This document shows positions 10,048 through 20,131 of a stretch of 64,000 nt of DNA, one piece after another. The stretch covers positions 19,132-83,131 of the forward strand of contig CANQRY010000001.1 of assembly GCA_947626335.1 (NCBI GenBank), in the 5' to 3' direction. The stretch's first letter is position 1. Each line of letters begins with the position of its first letter. Source of the stretch: an uncultured Clostridia bacterium. Lineage in GTDB: Bacteria > Bacillota > Clostridia > TANB77 > CAG-508. The notes beneath the pieces were generated by a model. It did no database searches. It was not told the DNA's origin and worked only from the letters and a program-made list of their open reading frames with translations. The position numbers and the translations under genes were made by a program.

Positions 10048-13000
10048 TTAATTACTCCGAACTTTCCTTGCTAAATTTTTTATTCTAGTTACTTCTAATA
10101 AGTTTTCAAGCTCTTTTGGAAGCTTTCCATATCTATCTATTACTTCATCTATTACATTTTGTATATCTTCTTCAGTTCTACTTAATGCTATATTTTGATA
10201 AATTTCAATTTTCTGGCTACTATTTTCAATAAAACTGTCTGGTATATAGCTAGATACTGATAAATCTATTTGAATATCTTGCTCTTCTTTAAGCTCAATT
10301 CCATTCATTTGATTTATAACATCATCTAATAATTTGCAATAAGTATCATAGCCAACTTGCTCTATATGTCCATGTTGCATTTCGCCTAGCATACTTCCTG
10401 CTCCACGAATTTCTAAGTCTCTCATGGCAATTTTAAAGCCAGAGCCAAACTCTGTAAACTCCTTAATTGCCTTTAGTCTTTTATCTGCTACTTCTGAAAG
10501 AAGTTTATCACGTCTGTAAGTAATATAACTATATGCTTGTTTATCACTTCTTCCAACTCTACCTCTTATTTGATAAAGCTGTGCTAAGCCTAGCCTATCT
10601 GCATTTTCAACTATTATAGTGTTTGCATTTGGAATATCTATTCCAGACTCTAATATAGTAGTGCAAACTAAAACATTGATTTCGTGTTTTACAAACTGTT
10701 CCATAATGTCCTCTAGCTCTCTACCTGTCATTTTTCCATGAGCATAAGCTACTTTTGCCTCAGGAACAAGACTTTTTACTTCATTTGCCTTTTTTTCTAT
10801 GTTTTCAACTTTATTGTACAAATAAAATACTTGTCCATTACGCTCTAGTTCCTTTGTAATTGCCTCTCTTATTACCTCACTATCATATTCTAATACATAA
10901 GTTTGAACTGGCTTACGGTTATGTGGTGGCTCATATATAACTGACATATCTCTTACTCCAACAATAGACATGTGAAGTGTTCTAGGTATTGGAGTTGCCG
11001 TCATGGTAAGTACATCTACATTATTTTTTAGTTGCTTTATTCTTTCTTTATCTTTAACTCCAAAACGGTGCTCTTCGTCAATTATAAGAAGTCCTAAATC
11101 TTTAAATTCTACGTCTTTACTTAAAAGCCTATGTGTTCCAATTACAACGTCTACTTCTCCTAGTTTTAGTTTTTTAATAATTTGCTCTTGCTCTTTTTTG
11201 GTTCTAAAACGGTTAAGTAGTTCTACTTTCATTGCAAATTCGCTCATTCTTGATTTAAATTCTTCATATTGCTGATTTGCTAAAATAGTAGTTGGGACCA
11301 AATATGCTACTTGCTTTTGATCCATAACAGCTTTAAAAGCTGCTCTAATTGCAACTTCTGTTTTGCCATAGCCAACGTCTCCGCAAAGAAGTCTATCCAT
11401 AGGAAATGGCTTTTCCATATCTTGCTTTACTTCTTCTATGCATCTTAACTGGTCGTCTGTTTCGGTAAATGGAAAGCTATCTTCAAATTGTTTTTGCCAA
11501 GGTGTATCTTTAGAAAAAGCAAAGCCTTTAATCTTTTGTCTTTTTGCGTAAAGCTCTACTAAATCTTTCGCTATTTCTTCTAAGCCTTTTTTTACTTTTC
11601 CTTTAGCTTGGCTCCAGTCTTTTCCGCCTAGCCTACTTAGCTTTGGAGCAGTTTCTCCACCACCTATATATTTTCTAACACTATCTAAATTTGTTGTTGG
11701 AACATATAAAATATCATCATTTTTATATTTTATTTTAATATAATCTTTTGTTACATTATCAGCTGTAATTGTATTAACTCCTAAAAACTCGCCTATTCCA
11801 TGAGTTTGATGAACCACAAAATCGCCAGGTTTTAAATCTGCAAAAACAATTTTTTCGCCTTGTTTAAAAGTTTGACTAAACCTTTTTTTCCTTTTTACAG
11901 GTTCATCTAGGGCTTGCCCCATGCTAATACAAACTAAATTTAAATCATAATTTTCAAATCCAGAAGAAAGTGAGCCTATTGTAACTAATATTTCTCCATT
12001 ATTTATATCATTTGGAGTTTCTTCATATTTATAATTTATTTCATTTTCTTTTAAAAACTCACATATTTTTTTGCAAGAGGCTTCATTTTGGCAAAGAAGT
12101 ACAACTTTCTTTTTTGCTTTTTTGTATGCTTTTAAATCAGTTATAAGAAGTTCTAAATCTAAAGCCAAAAAGTTAATTTCTCTTGTTTCAAAATAATACT
12201 TTGTCATATTTTTTAAAGTATCATTTTGCTCTAAATATATTATTGGTTTTTCTTTAAAGTTATATTCAAAATTACTAATTTCTCTAATTGCTTCTGGCAC
12301 AAATCTTTCTTTTTGAATTAAAGAATCTATTAAATTGTTGTTGTCTAATATAATGTTTTCTTGCCTTTTACTAACTTTTAAAGCTTCATCTAAAAATATT
12401 AAATAATCTTTTGATAAATAATCTAAAAATGAAGCTTGATTTTCGTAAAATTCATTAAAATATTTATCTATTTTGCTAATATATTCTCCTGATTTTATAA
12501 GCTCTAAATCTTCTGTATTTTCAGGATATTTTTCTTCTATTTTTTTAGCTATATCTGATAAATTAGTAACTATAAACTCATGTGCTGGAAATATAGTTAT
12601 TTCTTTTAGCATTTCCGTTGATCTTTGAGAAGAAATTTTAAAATAACGAATTGAATCTACCTCATCTCCCCAAAATTCTATTCTAACACCTACGGTTTCT
12701 GATAAGCCAATATCTACAATTCCGCCTCGAATACTAAATTGACCTTGATTTTCAATTAGCTCATTTCTTTCATACCCTAGCTTTACAAAAGTTTCTTTTA
12801 GAGTCTCTATTGAATACGTATCTCCTACTTTTATATCTACTTTATTTTCATAAAGCTCAGCTTTTGTAATCATTTTTTGCATTATTGCTTCTATTGTTGT
12901 AACTATTACTAAAGGCTTAAGGTCAGGGTTTTCTTCTTCAAGAACCATGCTGTTTAAAATAGCTATTCTTTCAAAAGGCAGGTCTTTGCTTTCTACAATA

Positions 13001-13269
13001 TAGTCATAACTTGCTATTTCTCTTTTAGGAAAAAATTTTGCTCTTAAGCCTAATTTTTTTAAATCTTGATATATTTTTTTTGCTTGAAGTTCATTATATG
13101 AAACAATACATGCTGGCTTTTTATTATTTTCTAAAATTCCATTTATATATATTGATTTTTGCACGTCTACTAAGCCCGATATTGCTACCGGACTTTGTAA
13201 ATTTTTTAGCTTACTTAAAAGCTCTTTAAACTTTTTGCTTTGTTTTAATTCTTCTACTAGGAAGTTCAT
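10048..13269 (-). CDS. mfd: Transcription-repair coupling factor Mfd. An in-frame CGG at 10057-10059 lies 3 codons before the stop. The +1 frame stays open for 71 more codons to 9846 (see findings).
   Basis: 1073 aa with the UvrB-homology domain, the CarD-like RNAP-interacting domain and SF2 helicase motifs ([30 protein letters not shown]). Confidence 0.93.
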   Translation of the reverse strand: MNFLVEELKQSKKFKELLSKLKNLQSPVAISGLVDVQKSIYINGILENNKKPACIVSYNELQAKKIYQDLKKLGLRAKFFPKREIASYDYIVESKDLPFERIAILNSMVLEEENPDLKPLVIVTTIEAIMQKMITKAELYENKVDIKVGDTYSIETLKETFVKLGYERNELIENQGQFSIRGGIVDIGLSETVGVRIEFWGDEVDSIRYFKISSQRSTEMLKEITIFPAHEFIVTNLSDIAKKIEEKYPENTEDLELIKSGEYISKIDKYFNEFYENQASFLDYLSKDYLIFLDEALKVSKRQENIILDNNNLIDSLIQKERFVPEAIREISNFEYNFKEKPIIYLEQNDTLKNMTKYYFETREINFLALDLELLITDLKAYKKAKKKVVLLCQNEASCKKICEFLKENEINYKYEETPNDINNGEILVTIGSLSSGFENYDLNLVCISMGQALDEPVKRKKRFSQTFKQGEKIVFADLKPGDFVVHQTHGIGEFLGVNTITADNVTKDYIKIKYKNDDILYVPTTNLDSVRKYIGGGETAPKLSRLGGKDWSQAKGKVKKGLEEIAKDLVELYAKRQKIKGFAFSKDTPWQKQFEDSFPFTETDDQLRCIEEVKQDMEKPFPMDRLLCGDVGYGKTEVAIRAAFKAVMDQKQVAYLVPTTILANQQYEEFKSRMSEFAMKVELLNRFRTKKEQEQIIKKLKLGEVDVVIGTHRLLSKDVEFKDLGLLIIDEEHRFGVKDKERIKQLKNNVDVLTMTATPIPRTLHMSIVGVRDMSVIYEPPHNRKPVQTYVLEYDSEVIREAITKELERNGQVFYLYNKVENIEKKANEVKSLVPEAKVAYAHGKMTGRELEDIMEQFVKHEINVLVCTTILESGIDIPNANTIIVENADRLGLAQLYQIRGRVGRSDKQAYSYITYRRDKLLSEVADKRLKAIKEFTEFGSGFKIAMRDLEIRGAGSMLGEMQHGHIEQVGYDTYCKLLDDVINQMNGIELKEEQDIQIDLSVSSYIPDSFIENSSQKIEIYQNIALSRTEEDIQNVIDEVIDRYGKLPKELENLLEVTRIKNLARKVRSN

Positions 13270-13436
13270 AAGCTTTTACCTTTGAATTTTTTTATACTCT
13301 ACTATTATATCACAAACTAAAAACTTTTAAAACAAAAAAGCCACACTTTTTAAGTATGACTTTTTTGCTAGAACTAAAGCTTCTTATTTTAGGTGCATTT
13401 ACTTAAATTGCACCTATTCAATTTTGGTTTTAAAAC

Positions 13437-13688
13437 CTAATGCTCGAACTTTTTCCTGGTTGCTTCACCACCGCGAATATGCGCTTCGGCTTTGTTTTTT
13501 TGAAAAACCTTATACACCTCTTGGGAAAGCAAAGAAGAAACTTCGGGCAAAAGCACCTTCATATCATTATAAATAGTGCTTTTGCTCCGTCTGAACGTCC
13601 CTGCAGTTTCACGAATAGTTGCCTCATGCTCAATTATGAACCAAGCCTCTTGTTCGACTCTTTCGGACATTTCATTCATGTTTAGCAT
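13437..13688 (-). CDS. spoIIID: Stage III sporulation transcriptional regulator SpoIIID. Contains an in-frame CGG (13587-13589) that appears to be read as sense.
   Basis: 83 aa. The sequence ...IRETAGTFRRSKSTIYNDMKVLLPEV...HIRGGEATRKK aligns with B. subtilis SpoIIID (FGVSKSTVHKDLTERLPEI...HLRGGEATK). RBS GGAGG 7 nt upstream of ATG 13688. Confidence 0.8.
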   Translation of the reverse strand: MLNMNEMSERVEQEAWFIIEHEATIRETAGTFRRSKSTIYNDMKVLLPEVSSLLSQEVYKVFQKNKAEAHIRGGEATRKKFEH

Positions 13689-13841
13689 TTAAGTTCCTCC
13701 CAAATGAATAATTAGTTATTATAAAATAACTTAACATTATTATACCATATATTTATTTATCTTTCAAATTTGCTTTTCTTTAAGTTATATTTTATTAGTT
13801 ATAACATAAATATTATTAAATTTAAAATAAGTGAGGTTAAA

Positions 13842-15008
13842 ATGTTAAGCAAAGAAGCTACATATGTATATGAACAAAATACTTTTTCTACTCGAAAAAA
13901 AAGTAAGGTTAAAATATGGGTTTACTCTTTAAAGAAAAATGCTCTAGCAATTGTATTTTGCTTGTTTTGCATTGGACTTGTTGTATTTTCAAATAATAAC
14001 TTAGTAGCTGCAAAAAATGGACTTAAACTATGGGCGACTGCTGTTGTTCCTTCACTTTTTCCTTTTTTTGTTGCAACTGAACTATTAAGCTCTACAAATA
14101 TTATTTTCGTTCTAGGAAAATATTTAAACTTTATAATGAGACCACTTTTTAATGTTCCTGGCGAAGCAAGTTTTGCATTTTTAATGGGACTTATTAGTGG
14201 CTACCCTGTAGGTGCAAAAATTGTTAGCAGTTTTGCAAGCAGCGGAATTTGTACAAAAGAAGAAGCCGAAAGAATGCTTAGCTTTACTAATAATTCAGGT
14301 CCTCTTTTTATTATAGGAACTGTTGGAATAACTCTATTTAAGAACACAATAATTGGAATTTTACTATTTATAACACACCTTCTTAGCTGTGTAAGTGTTG
14401 GAATTTTTTTAAATATTTTTTCCCGCTTTAGGTACAAAAAATATAATACCAATAAAGCCAATGCAAATAATTGGTTTGATAAATCTAAGCCTAACTCAAC
14501 TAATTTTAGAAAAACTGAGACAAATATAAAAAAAGCTAATGCAAATTTTGCATCTTTAGGAGAAATATTAGCCAAAAGTATTACTAATGCAACATCTACA
14601 ATATTTTTAATTGGTGGATTTGTAGTTATATTTTCTGTGGTAATTTCAATTTTAAATCAGAGTCACTTATTAGAAGGAGCATCTTTAATATTATCTCCAG
14701 TTTTTTCAATGTTTAATATAAACCTTGAGTTTGTAAAACCTATTTTAGTTGGGATAATTGAGCTTACAAATGGAGTAAATTTAGTAGCTAGTGTGCCTTT
14801 TAAAGCCATTTCTGTTAATATAATTTTATGTGCTTTTTTATTAGGATTTGGCGGGTTTTCTGTTTTGTTACAAGTATTTAGCATAGTTAGCAAGGCAAAT
14901 CTTTCTATTAAAACGTATTTTATAGGAAAACTTTTACAGGGTCTATTTGCTGCATTTTATACTTTTTTAGCCTTAAAATTTATACCATTTTTACACTTTA
15001 ATTTATGA
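13842..15008 (+). CDS. ylbJ: Sporulation integral membrane protein YlbJ-like (nucleoside-recognition-domain membrane protein)
   Basis: About 388 aa with multiple TM segments. Start chosen at ATG 13842 (MLSKEATYV) with RBS gtgaggt; the track ORF begins further upstream in frame. Confidence 0.55.
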   Translation: MLSKEATYVYEQNTFSTRKKSKVKIWVYSLKKNALAIVFCLFCIGLVVFSNNNLVAAKNGLKLWATAVVPSLFPFFVATELLSSTNIIFVLGKYLNFIMRPLFNVPGEASFAFLMGLISGYPVGAKIVSSFASSGICTKEEAERMLSFTNNSGPLFIIGTVGITLFKNTIIGILLFITHLLSCVSVGIFLNIFSRFRYKKYNTNKANANNWFDKSKPNSTNFRKTETNIKKANANFASLGEILAKSITNATSTIFLIGGFVVIFSVVISILNQSHLLEGASLILSPVFSMFNINLEFVKPILVGIIELTNGVNLVASVPFKAISVNIILCAFLLGFGGFSVLLQVFSIVSKANLSIKTYFIGKLLQGLFAAFYTFLALKFIPFLHFNL

Positions 15009-15190
15009 TACAATTATTTGTTTTAAAACAATTGTCACAGGCTTTGCATAGTCAAATATAAGCATTAATTTTTGTATAGTAAACTATATACTATTTGTTA
15101 TTTTAAGTCTGTTGTGACTATATATACACCTCTTTATTGAATATATCTATATGTTTTTTATTGTTATAAAATATTTATGAGGTGAGAAAA

Positions 15191-15370
15191 ATGTCTGATT
15201 TTATTGTAAGAAGTAGAAGAAAAAAAGATTATACTCAATTCACTGCAAGAATTGAGACAGATACTTTAGATAGCATTAGAAAAATAGTAGATGACAATAA
15301 CCTAATTTCTATAAATGAATTTATAAATGATTGTTTAAAATTTGCTATTGATAATTTAAAAATTTCATAA
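15191..15370 (+). CDS. Small ribbon-helix-helix (CopG/Arc-like) protein, paralog of 17749..17946
   Basis: 59 aa from ATG 15191 (MSDFIVRSRRKKDYTQFTARIETDTLDSIRKIVDDNNLISINEFINDCLKFAIDNLKIS), with RBS GGTGA. Aligns along its whole length with the 17749 ORF. Confidence 0.5.
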   Translation: MSDFIVRSRRKKDYTQFTARIETDTLDSIRKIVDDNNLISINEFINDCLKFAIDNLKIS

Positions 15371-15428
15371 GATAAATTTAAGCTCTTAATAATTTTATAA
15401 AAAAGCATAAATAAGTAAATAATTAAAA

Positions 15429-15470
15429 ACGCTAGGCATAAACTGGTAATTTATGCTTAGCGCTTTTTAT
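15429..15470 (+). terminator. Rho-independent terminator after the 15191 gene
   Basis: Hairpin gctaggcataaa...tttatgcttagc followed by a T-run. Confidence 0.55.
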
Positions 15471-15479
15471 ATTTTTTTG

Positions 15480-15790
15480 CCATGTATATAACACTCATAT
15501 AACTGAAATTTTGAACGGACACCGACAGACACAAGGCCTGTCTGCTTCTATTCAATATCCTTTCTTTTATTGTTTTGCTGATATTATTTCATAATCATAT
15601 TCTGCTCCCTCAACAGATTTTTCCAATTGGATTCCAGACTTTAGACAAACTACCGGACGTAAACCAAATCCGTTCTCCCCATACCACAAATCACTCACGT
15701 CGCCATTGCAGTCCGCACCCACCAAGCCGCCGGTGTCGCGGCTATAAGGAGACGCGAGCCACATGCCGTTTGCATTATTAGTTTCTGTTT
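15480..15790 (-). pseudogene. GC-rich (about 45-50% GC) remnant encoding only the C-terminal about 70 aa of an FGE-sulfatase-like domain (...DTGGLVGADCNGDVSDLWYGENGFGLRPVVCL...); no start codon or RBS
   Basis: Composition contrasts sharply with the flanking DNA. The GFGLRPVV ending parallels the GFRPVL C-terminus of the adjacent intact FGE-like gene. The frame is closed by a TAA just upstream of the fragment. Hairpin cagaca-caaggcc-tgtctg at 15519-15537. Confidence 0.4.
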
Positions 15791-15817
15791 TTATATAAAT
15801 TGAATTAATAAAATCCC

Positions 15818-15850
15818 CTTATTTTTTTATATAAAATGAGGGGAATAATT
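15818..15850 (-). terminator. Hairpin immediately downstream of the FGE-like gene stop
   Basis: cccctTatttt...aaaatGagggg inverted repeat with A/T flanks. Confidence 0.45.
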
Positions 15851-15851
15851 A

Positions 15852-17478
15852 TTAGTCAGTAATGAGCACAGGTCTGAAACCAACACCAACATTTCCTGAG
15901 CCGTGGTCCTTCATAGAAAGAAAATATTCCACACATAGACTTATCTTTATGGTAACCACCTCTACCAAAAAACATAACATTTGAATAAGGAAAATTAGAG
16001 TAATCACCATACCATGAATCTTTCCATGGTTTTACGGTTTTATCTGATATTTCATAAACTGCATCTCCATATATTTCTTTATTAGCTTCATAATCTTCTC
16101 CTTGATTGCTTGTTATGCTAGACTCTTCTTCTGTACTTGATATACTTTTATACACATTCTTCATATATGATTCTCCTAGCACTATAGATTCTCCATATTC
16201 CATTAAATTACTATGTCCAGTATCTACATATGCTGCAACTCTTTCCCATACTCCACCACTCATATCATATATTCCTGTTTCATTTCCTGTTGTACTTGCT
16301 TTTTTTCCCTGTTCACTTAAATATCCATGAGCTTTACTAAATTCATCAATTCCTTCATTATTATATTCATAACCAGAATCACCACTTACATCATTATTAT
16401 CTGTTGGACCCATTCCCGTTAAATAACTACTACATTGGTTTACTCCTACCTCTGAATTTTTTCCATAGATACTTTGTGTTAAGTATGCTACCGCTCCCCA
16501 TTCACTATTTTTCATTAAATGGCTATTTAATGCAGTATTGTAATTTAAACATGCTAAATACATTTCATTATTATTTACATTTCTCCAGCTTGTTACATCT
16601 TGTATTATTTTTAATGTATTTGATACGCCTTCTTTTATTGATTTATCTTCATTAAATCCTGCATCTAACCTACTTGCCTCAAATTTTGCTACCCATATTC
16701 CACTTATCTCTGTATTCCAACCTCCAATTGCTATATCATCTGTAAATGCAGGATGTACATTCCAGTTCCCCTGTCCACTTTTATTATTCCAGTCTTCTTT
16801 CTTAGTTTTATTTGAATCTGTTGCTGACTCATAACTTTTTCCTTTTAGAAAATCTATATTTATTTTTCCTACTATATTCGAATGATAACCACTTTCTATT
16901 TGATAAGCATACCTTGGTATCCATACCCACATGCTTCCGTCTTCTGTTATTGCATTTGCCCATTTTTTTTGTTCATAATTATACCATTCTTCATTTGTTT
17001 TTGGTTCTAACCATGCTCCTTTACTTCCATCTTCATTTTCGTAATCTTTATTCCATGTAATTGCTCTCATTCCTGTTTTTAATTTTGGGCTGTTTACTTT
17101 ACCATCAAAGCTTCCATCTGTTTGTAGTTTTGGTTCTGGACTTGGTGGTGTTTCTTCTCCTCCTCCTGAACTGCTGCCTGAGTCTCCGCCTAAGATATTA
17201 GCTAATTGGTTTGTTAGTTCTGCTATATCTGACTGCTCATTTGCTATTGCTTGGTTTGTTTTATCTGCTGCTTCTTTTGCCATATCTAATATTCCGCCTT
17301 CACCTAGCACAAAGGTTATGGTTACTCCTGCTAGTATTAGCAAGACTACAATGGTTACCACTAAAGCAATTAAAGTTATACCTTTTTGTTCTTTTAAGTT
17401 TAAGCCTTGCTTTTTGCATAAACTTTCTTCTTGCATTTTTTGCAATAAATTGCTTGTACTTGTTTTTTTCATTTTCAT
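15852..17478 (-). CDS. Membrane-anchored protein with a prepilin-like N-terminal hydrophobic segment, a Gly/Ser/Pro linker and a C-terminal FGE-sulfatase (SUMF1-like) domain. In-frame CGG at 15901-15903; the +1 frame gives the expected C-terminus ...YEGP-GSGNVGVGFRPVLITD* ending at 15852.
   Basis: N-terminus KG-ITLIALVVTIVVLLILAGV is a class-III-signal-like helix with Ala rather than Glu at +5. FGE hallmarks are EWGAVAYL, GIYDMSGGVWERV, RGG and the terminal GFRPV. The annotated frame ends with the atypical ...PRLRKCWCWFQTCAHY*. Confidence 0.65.
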
Positions 17479-17748
17479 TCTTCTATTTCCTCCTATGTAT
17501 TTTATTTTTTCTTCTCTTTTATTTTGTATTATGTTCTCTTTTTTTATTTCTTATACATAACTTTTCTGCACAAATTTCGCTTTTAGCCTTATATTAATAC
17601 AATCTCTCTACATTTCATATTTGATTTCTTTTCTTTTGATTTTATATATTTATATTAACATATATATTTTTTCTTTGCAAGCGTTTTTAGGTGCATATTT
17701 GTTTCTTTTTTTAATATAAAATGTCTTGCAAAGGAAGGGGTTGATATT

Positions 17749-17946
17749 ATGAATTTATTAAAAATACCTGAAAACCATAGTGGGGTTAGTAAAACGCTTA
17801 GATTACCAGAAAACATTGTGAACGATATACAAAATCTTGCAAATATTAAAAATTTATCTTTTAACAAGGTTCTAATATCTTTATTAGAATTTGGTCTAAA
17901 TAACCTATATGAAAAGGATAAAGAAAAGCTAGAAAGTCTTAAATAA
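17749..17946 (+). CDS. Small ribbon-helix-helix (CopG/Arc-like) protein, paralog of 15191..15370
   Basis: 65 aa with RBS AAGGAAGGGG 8 nt upstream of the ATG. The sequence SKTLRLPENIVNDIQNLANIKNLSFNKVLISLLEFGLNNL aligns residue-by-residue with the other copy. Confidence 0.5.
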   Translation: MNLLKIPENHSGVSKTLRLPENIVNDIQNLANIKNLSFNKVLISLLEFGLNNLYEKDKEKLESLK

Positions 17947-18000
17947 GTAATTTTTTAAATATTTTTGAAAATAAAAAAATACCCTTTTTTTGGGTATTAA

Positions 18001-18077
18001 TGGTAGCGACGGTTGGACTCGAACCTACGACCTACCGGGTATGAACCGGTTGCTCTAGCCAGCTGAGCTACGTCGCC
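18001..18077 (-). tRNA. tRNA-Met (CAU anticodon), elongator type
   Basis: The reverse complement reads GGCGACGTAGCTCAGCTGGCTAGAGCAACCGGTTCATACCCGGTAGGTCGTAGGTTCGAGTCCAACCGTCGCTACCA. This gives 7-bp acceptor, D and anticodon arms, loop TTCATAC and an encoded CCA. One A.A mismatch in the T-stem. Confidence 0.8.
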
Positions 18078-18178
18078 ATATTTTTAACACGTTTTATATT
18101 ATATTATCTGTTTTTGGTTTTGTCAATAGTAGGTTAAAAGAAAAAAGCTATTTTAGCTTTTTTCTTTTAATTTATTTT

Positions 18179-18526
18179 TTATCTTACTAAGTCATCATGT
18201 TCTTGCTCTTGTTTTTGAGCTGCTTTTTCTGCCATTTTCTCTAATGCTTTAGGATCTATTGTAACTGTTTCTACTACTTTGCTTTTACTTGATTTTCCAC
18301 CTTTGCCTGCGTTTCCATTTGTAGAATTTAATTTTTTCTCTATTTCTTCTACTCTTCTTAATGACTCTTGTAGTTCTTCCATTTCAATAGTTCCGTCTGA
18401 TTTTATTTCAACTTCGTCTGGATAATCTGGACCTAATGTTACATTCCAGAAACGACTTAAACTTTTTAATAAACTCATTTTTTGCTTCTTAAAACCTTGC
18501 TTAATTTTAAGAATTTTCACCTCCAT
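18179..18526 (-). CDS. Hypothetical protein (115 aa), charged/coiled
   Basis: ORF track only; no family recognised. Confidence 0.35.
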   Translation of the reverse strand: MEVKILKIKQGFKKQKMSLLKSLSRFWNVTLGPDYPDEVEIKSDGTIEMEELQESLRRVEEIEKKLNSTNGNAGKGGKSSKSKVVETVTIDPKALEKMAEKAAQKQEQEHDDLVR

Positions 18527-18592
18527 AGGTTTATTTTTCTTAAATACTAGTTAATTATACCATATTTTTTGGGAAAAATCAAGCTTTTTAGG

Positions 18593-20119
18593 CTAATTCA
18601 TGTAGTCTTTTAGTTTTTTACTTCTACTTGGGTGTCTTAATTTTCTTAATGCTTTTGCTTCTATTTGTCTTATTCTTTCACGTGTTACCATGAATTCTTT
18701 TCCAACTTCTTCAAGTGTTCTTGCTTTTCCATCATCTAAGCCGAACCTTAATTTTAAAACTTTTGCTTCTCTTGCTGTTAATGTTCCCATAACTTCTTCT
18801 AGTTGCTCACGAAGCAATGTATATGCTGCTGAATCTTGTGGTGCAGGGCTATCTTCATCTTGAATAAAATCTCCTAAGTGGCTGTCATCTTCTTCTCCAA
18901 TAGGTGTTTCTAGTGATACTGGGTCTTGTGCTATTTTTTGTATTTCTGCTACTTTTTCTACTGGAATTTCCATTTCTTTTGCTATTTCTTCTGGTGTTGG
19001 CTCACGTCCATTTTGTTGAAGTAAATGTCTTGATGTTCTAATTAATTTATTTATTGTTTCTACCATGTGAACTGGTATACGTATTGTTCTTGCTTGGTCT
19101 GCTATTGCTCTTGTTATTGCTTGTCTTATCCACCATGTTGCATAGGTACTAAATTTATAGCCTTTTGTGTAATCAAACTTTTCTACTGCTTTAATTAAGC
19201 CCATGTTTCCTTCTTGTATTAAGTCTAAAAATAGCATTCCTCTACCAACATACTTTTTAGCAATACTAACTACTAATCTTAAGTTTGACTCTGTTAAAGT
19301 TTGCTTTGCTTCTTCGTTTCCTTCTAGAATTTGTTTTGCTAGTTCTAGTTCTTGATCATAAGTTAAAAGTGATATTTTGCCTATTTCTCTTAAATACATT
19401 CTAACAGGGTCATCTATGCTAACTCCTTCAATGTTATTTAAATCAATTTCTTCTAGCTTAATATCTTCTACATCTTGTAAGTCTTCTAGGTCTGGCTCCA
19501 TATCTGCATCTTCATCATCTTTTAAAACGTCTACACCTAGATCTTCAAATGCATCAAATACTTTATCTATTTGTTCTGGGTTTGTGTCTTCTAACTCGCT
19601 AGCAAGCTCACCATAAGTAATTTTTCCATTTTGCTTTGCTAATTTTAAAATATTTTCTACTTTTTCTTTGCTAACATCATCTAACTTTGATTCTGATTTT
19701 TTTTCTTGAGCTTCATTTTCTTTTACTGAATTAGTATTTTCCTCAGAATTTGCTGTTAGTTCTTCAGAAGCTTCTACTTTACTTTTTGATTTTTTTTCTT
19801 TTATTTTTTTGTTATCTTCTTTAGCCGTTTTCTCTTTTTTGCTTTTTTCATTTTTAGCTAATTTTTTTTCTGGCTCTTTTTTTACTTTTTTAGCTTCTAC
19901 TTTTTCTACTTTTTTTGCTTCTGTTTTATTTGCTTTTGTAGTAGTTTTAGCTTTTTCTTCTTGTTTATTTACTTTTTTAGGTTTTGCATTTTTCAATTCT
20001 TTTTTTGGAGTTTCTTTTATTTTTTTATTATTTTCTGCTTTAACATTTTCTTTTTTTGCCATAAGTTTTCCTTTTTTCTTTTTTTCTTCTAATGGTTTGT
20101 CTGCTTGCTCTTTTTTCAT
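18593..20119 (-). CDS. rpoD: RNA polymerase primary sigma factor (SigA/RpoD) with an unusually long Lys/Glu-rich N-terminal extension (about 140 aa)
   Basis: Regions 1.1-4.2 are present ([65 protein letters not shown]). RBS GGAGG 8 nt upstream of ATG 20119. Sits directly after the dnaG stop. Confidence 0.9.
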   Translation of the reverse strand: MKKEQADKPLEEKKKKGKLMAKKENVKAENNKKIKETPKKELKNAKPKKVNKQEEKAKTTTKANKTEAKKVEKVEAKKVKKEPEKKLAKNEKSKKEKTAKEDNKKIKEKKSKSKVEASEELTANSEENTNSVKENEAQEKKSESKLDDVSKEKVENILKLAKQNGKITYGELASELEDTNPEQIDKVFDAFEDLGVDVLKDDEDADMEPDLEDLQDVEDIKLEEIDLNNIEGVSIDDPVRMYLREIGKISLLTYDQELELAKQILEGNEEAKQTLTESNLRLVVSIAKKYVGRGMLFLDLIQEGNMGLIKAVEKFDYTKGYKFSTYATWWIRQAITRAIADQARTIRIPVHMVETINKLIRTSRHLLQQNGREPTPEEIAKEMEIPVEKVAEIQKIAQDPVSLETPIGEEDDSHLGDFIQDEDSPAPQDSAAYTLLREQLEEVMGTLTAREAKVLKLRFGLDDGKARTLEEVGKEFMVTRERIRQIEAKALRKLRHPSRSKKLKDYMN

Positions 20120-20131
20120 TTATGAAACCTC

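Noticed and set aside
18001-18077. tRNA-Met as a possible unusual (quadruplet-decoding) tRNA
   Set aside because: Standard 7-nt anticodon loop TTCATAC with a CAT anticodon. The only oddity is one A.A mismatch in the T-stem. It does not explain the CGG phenomenon.
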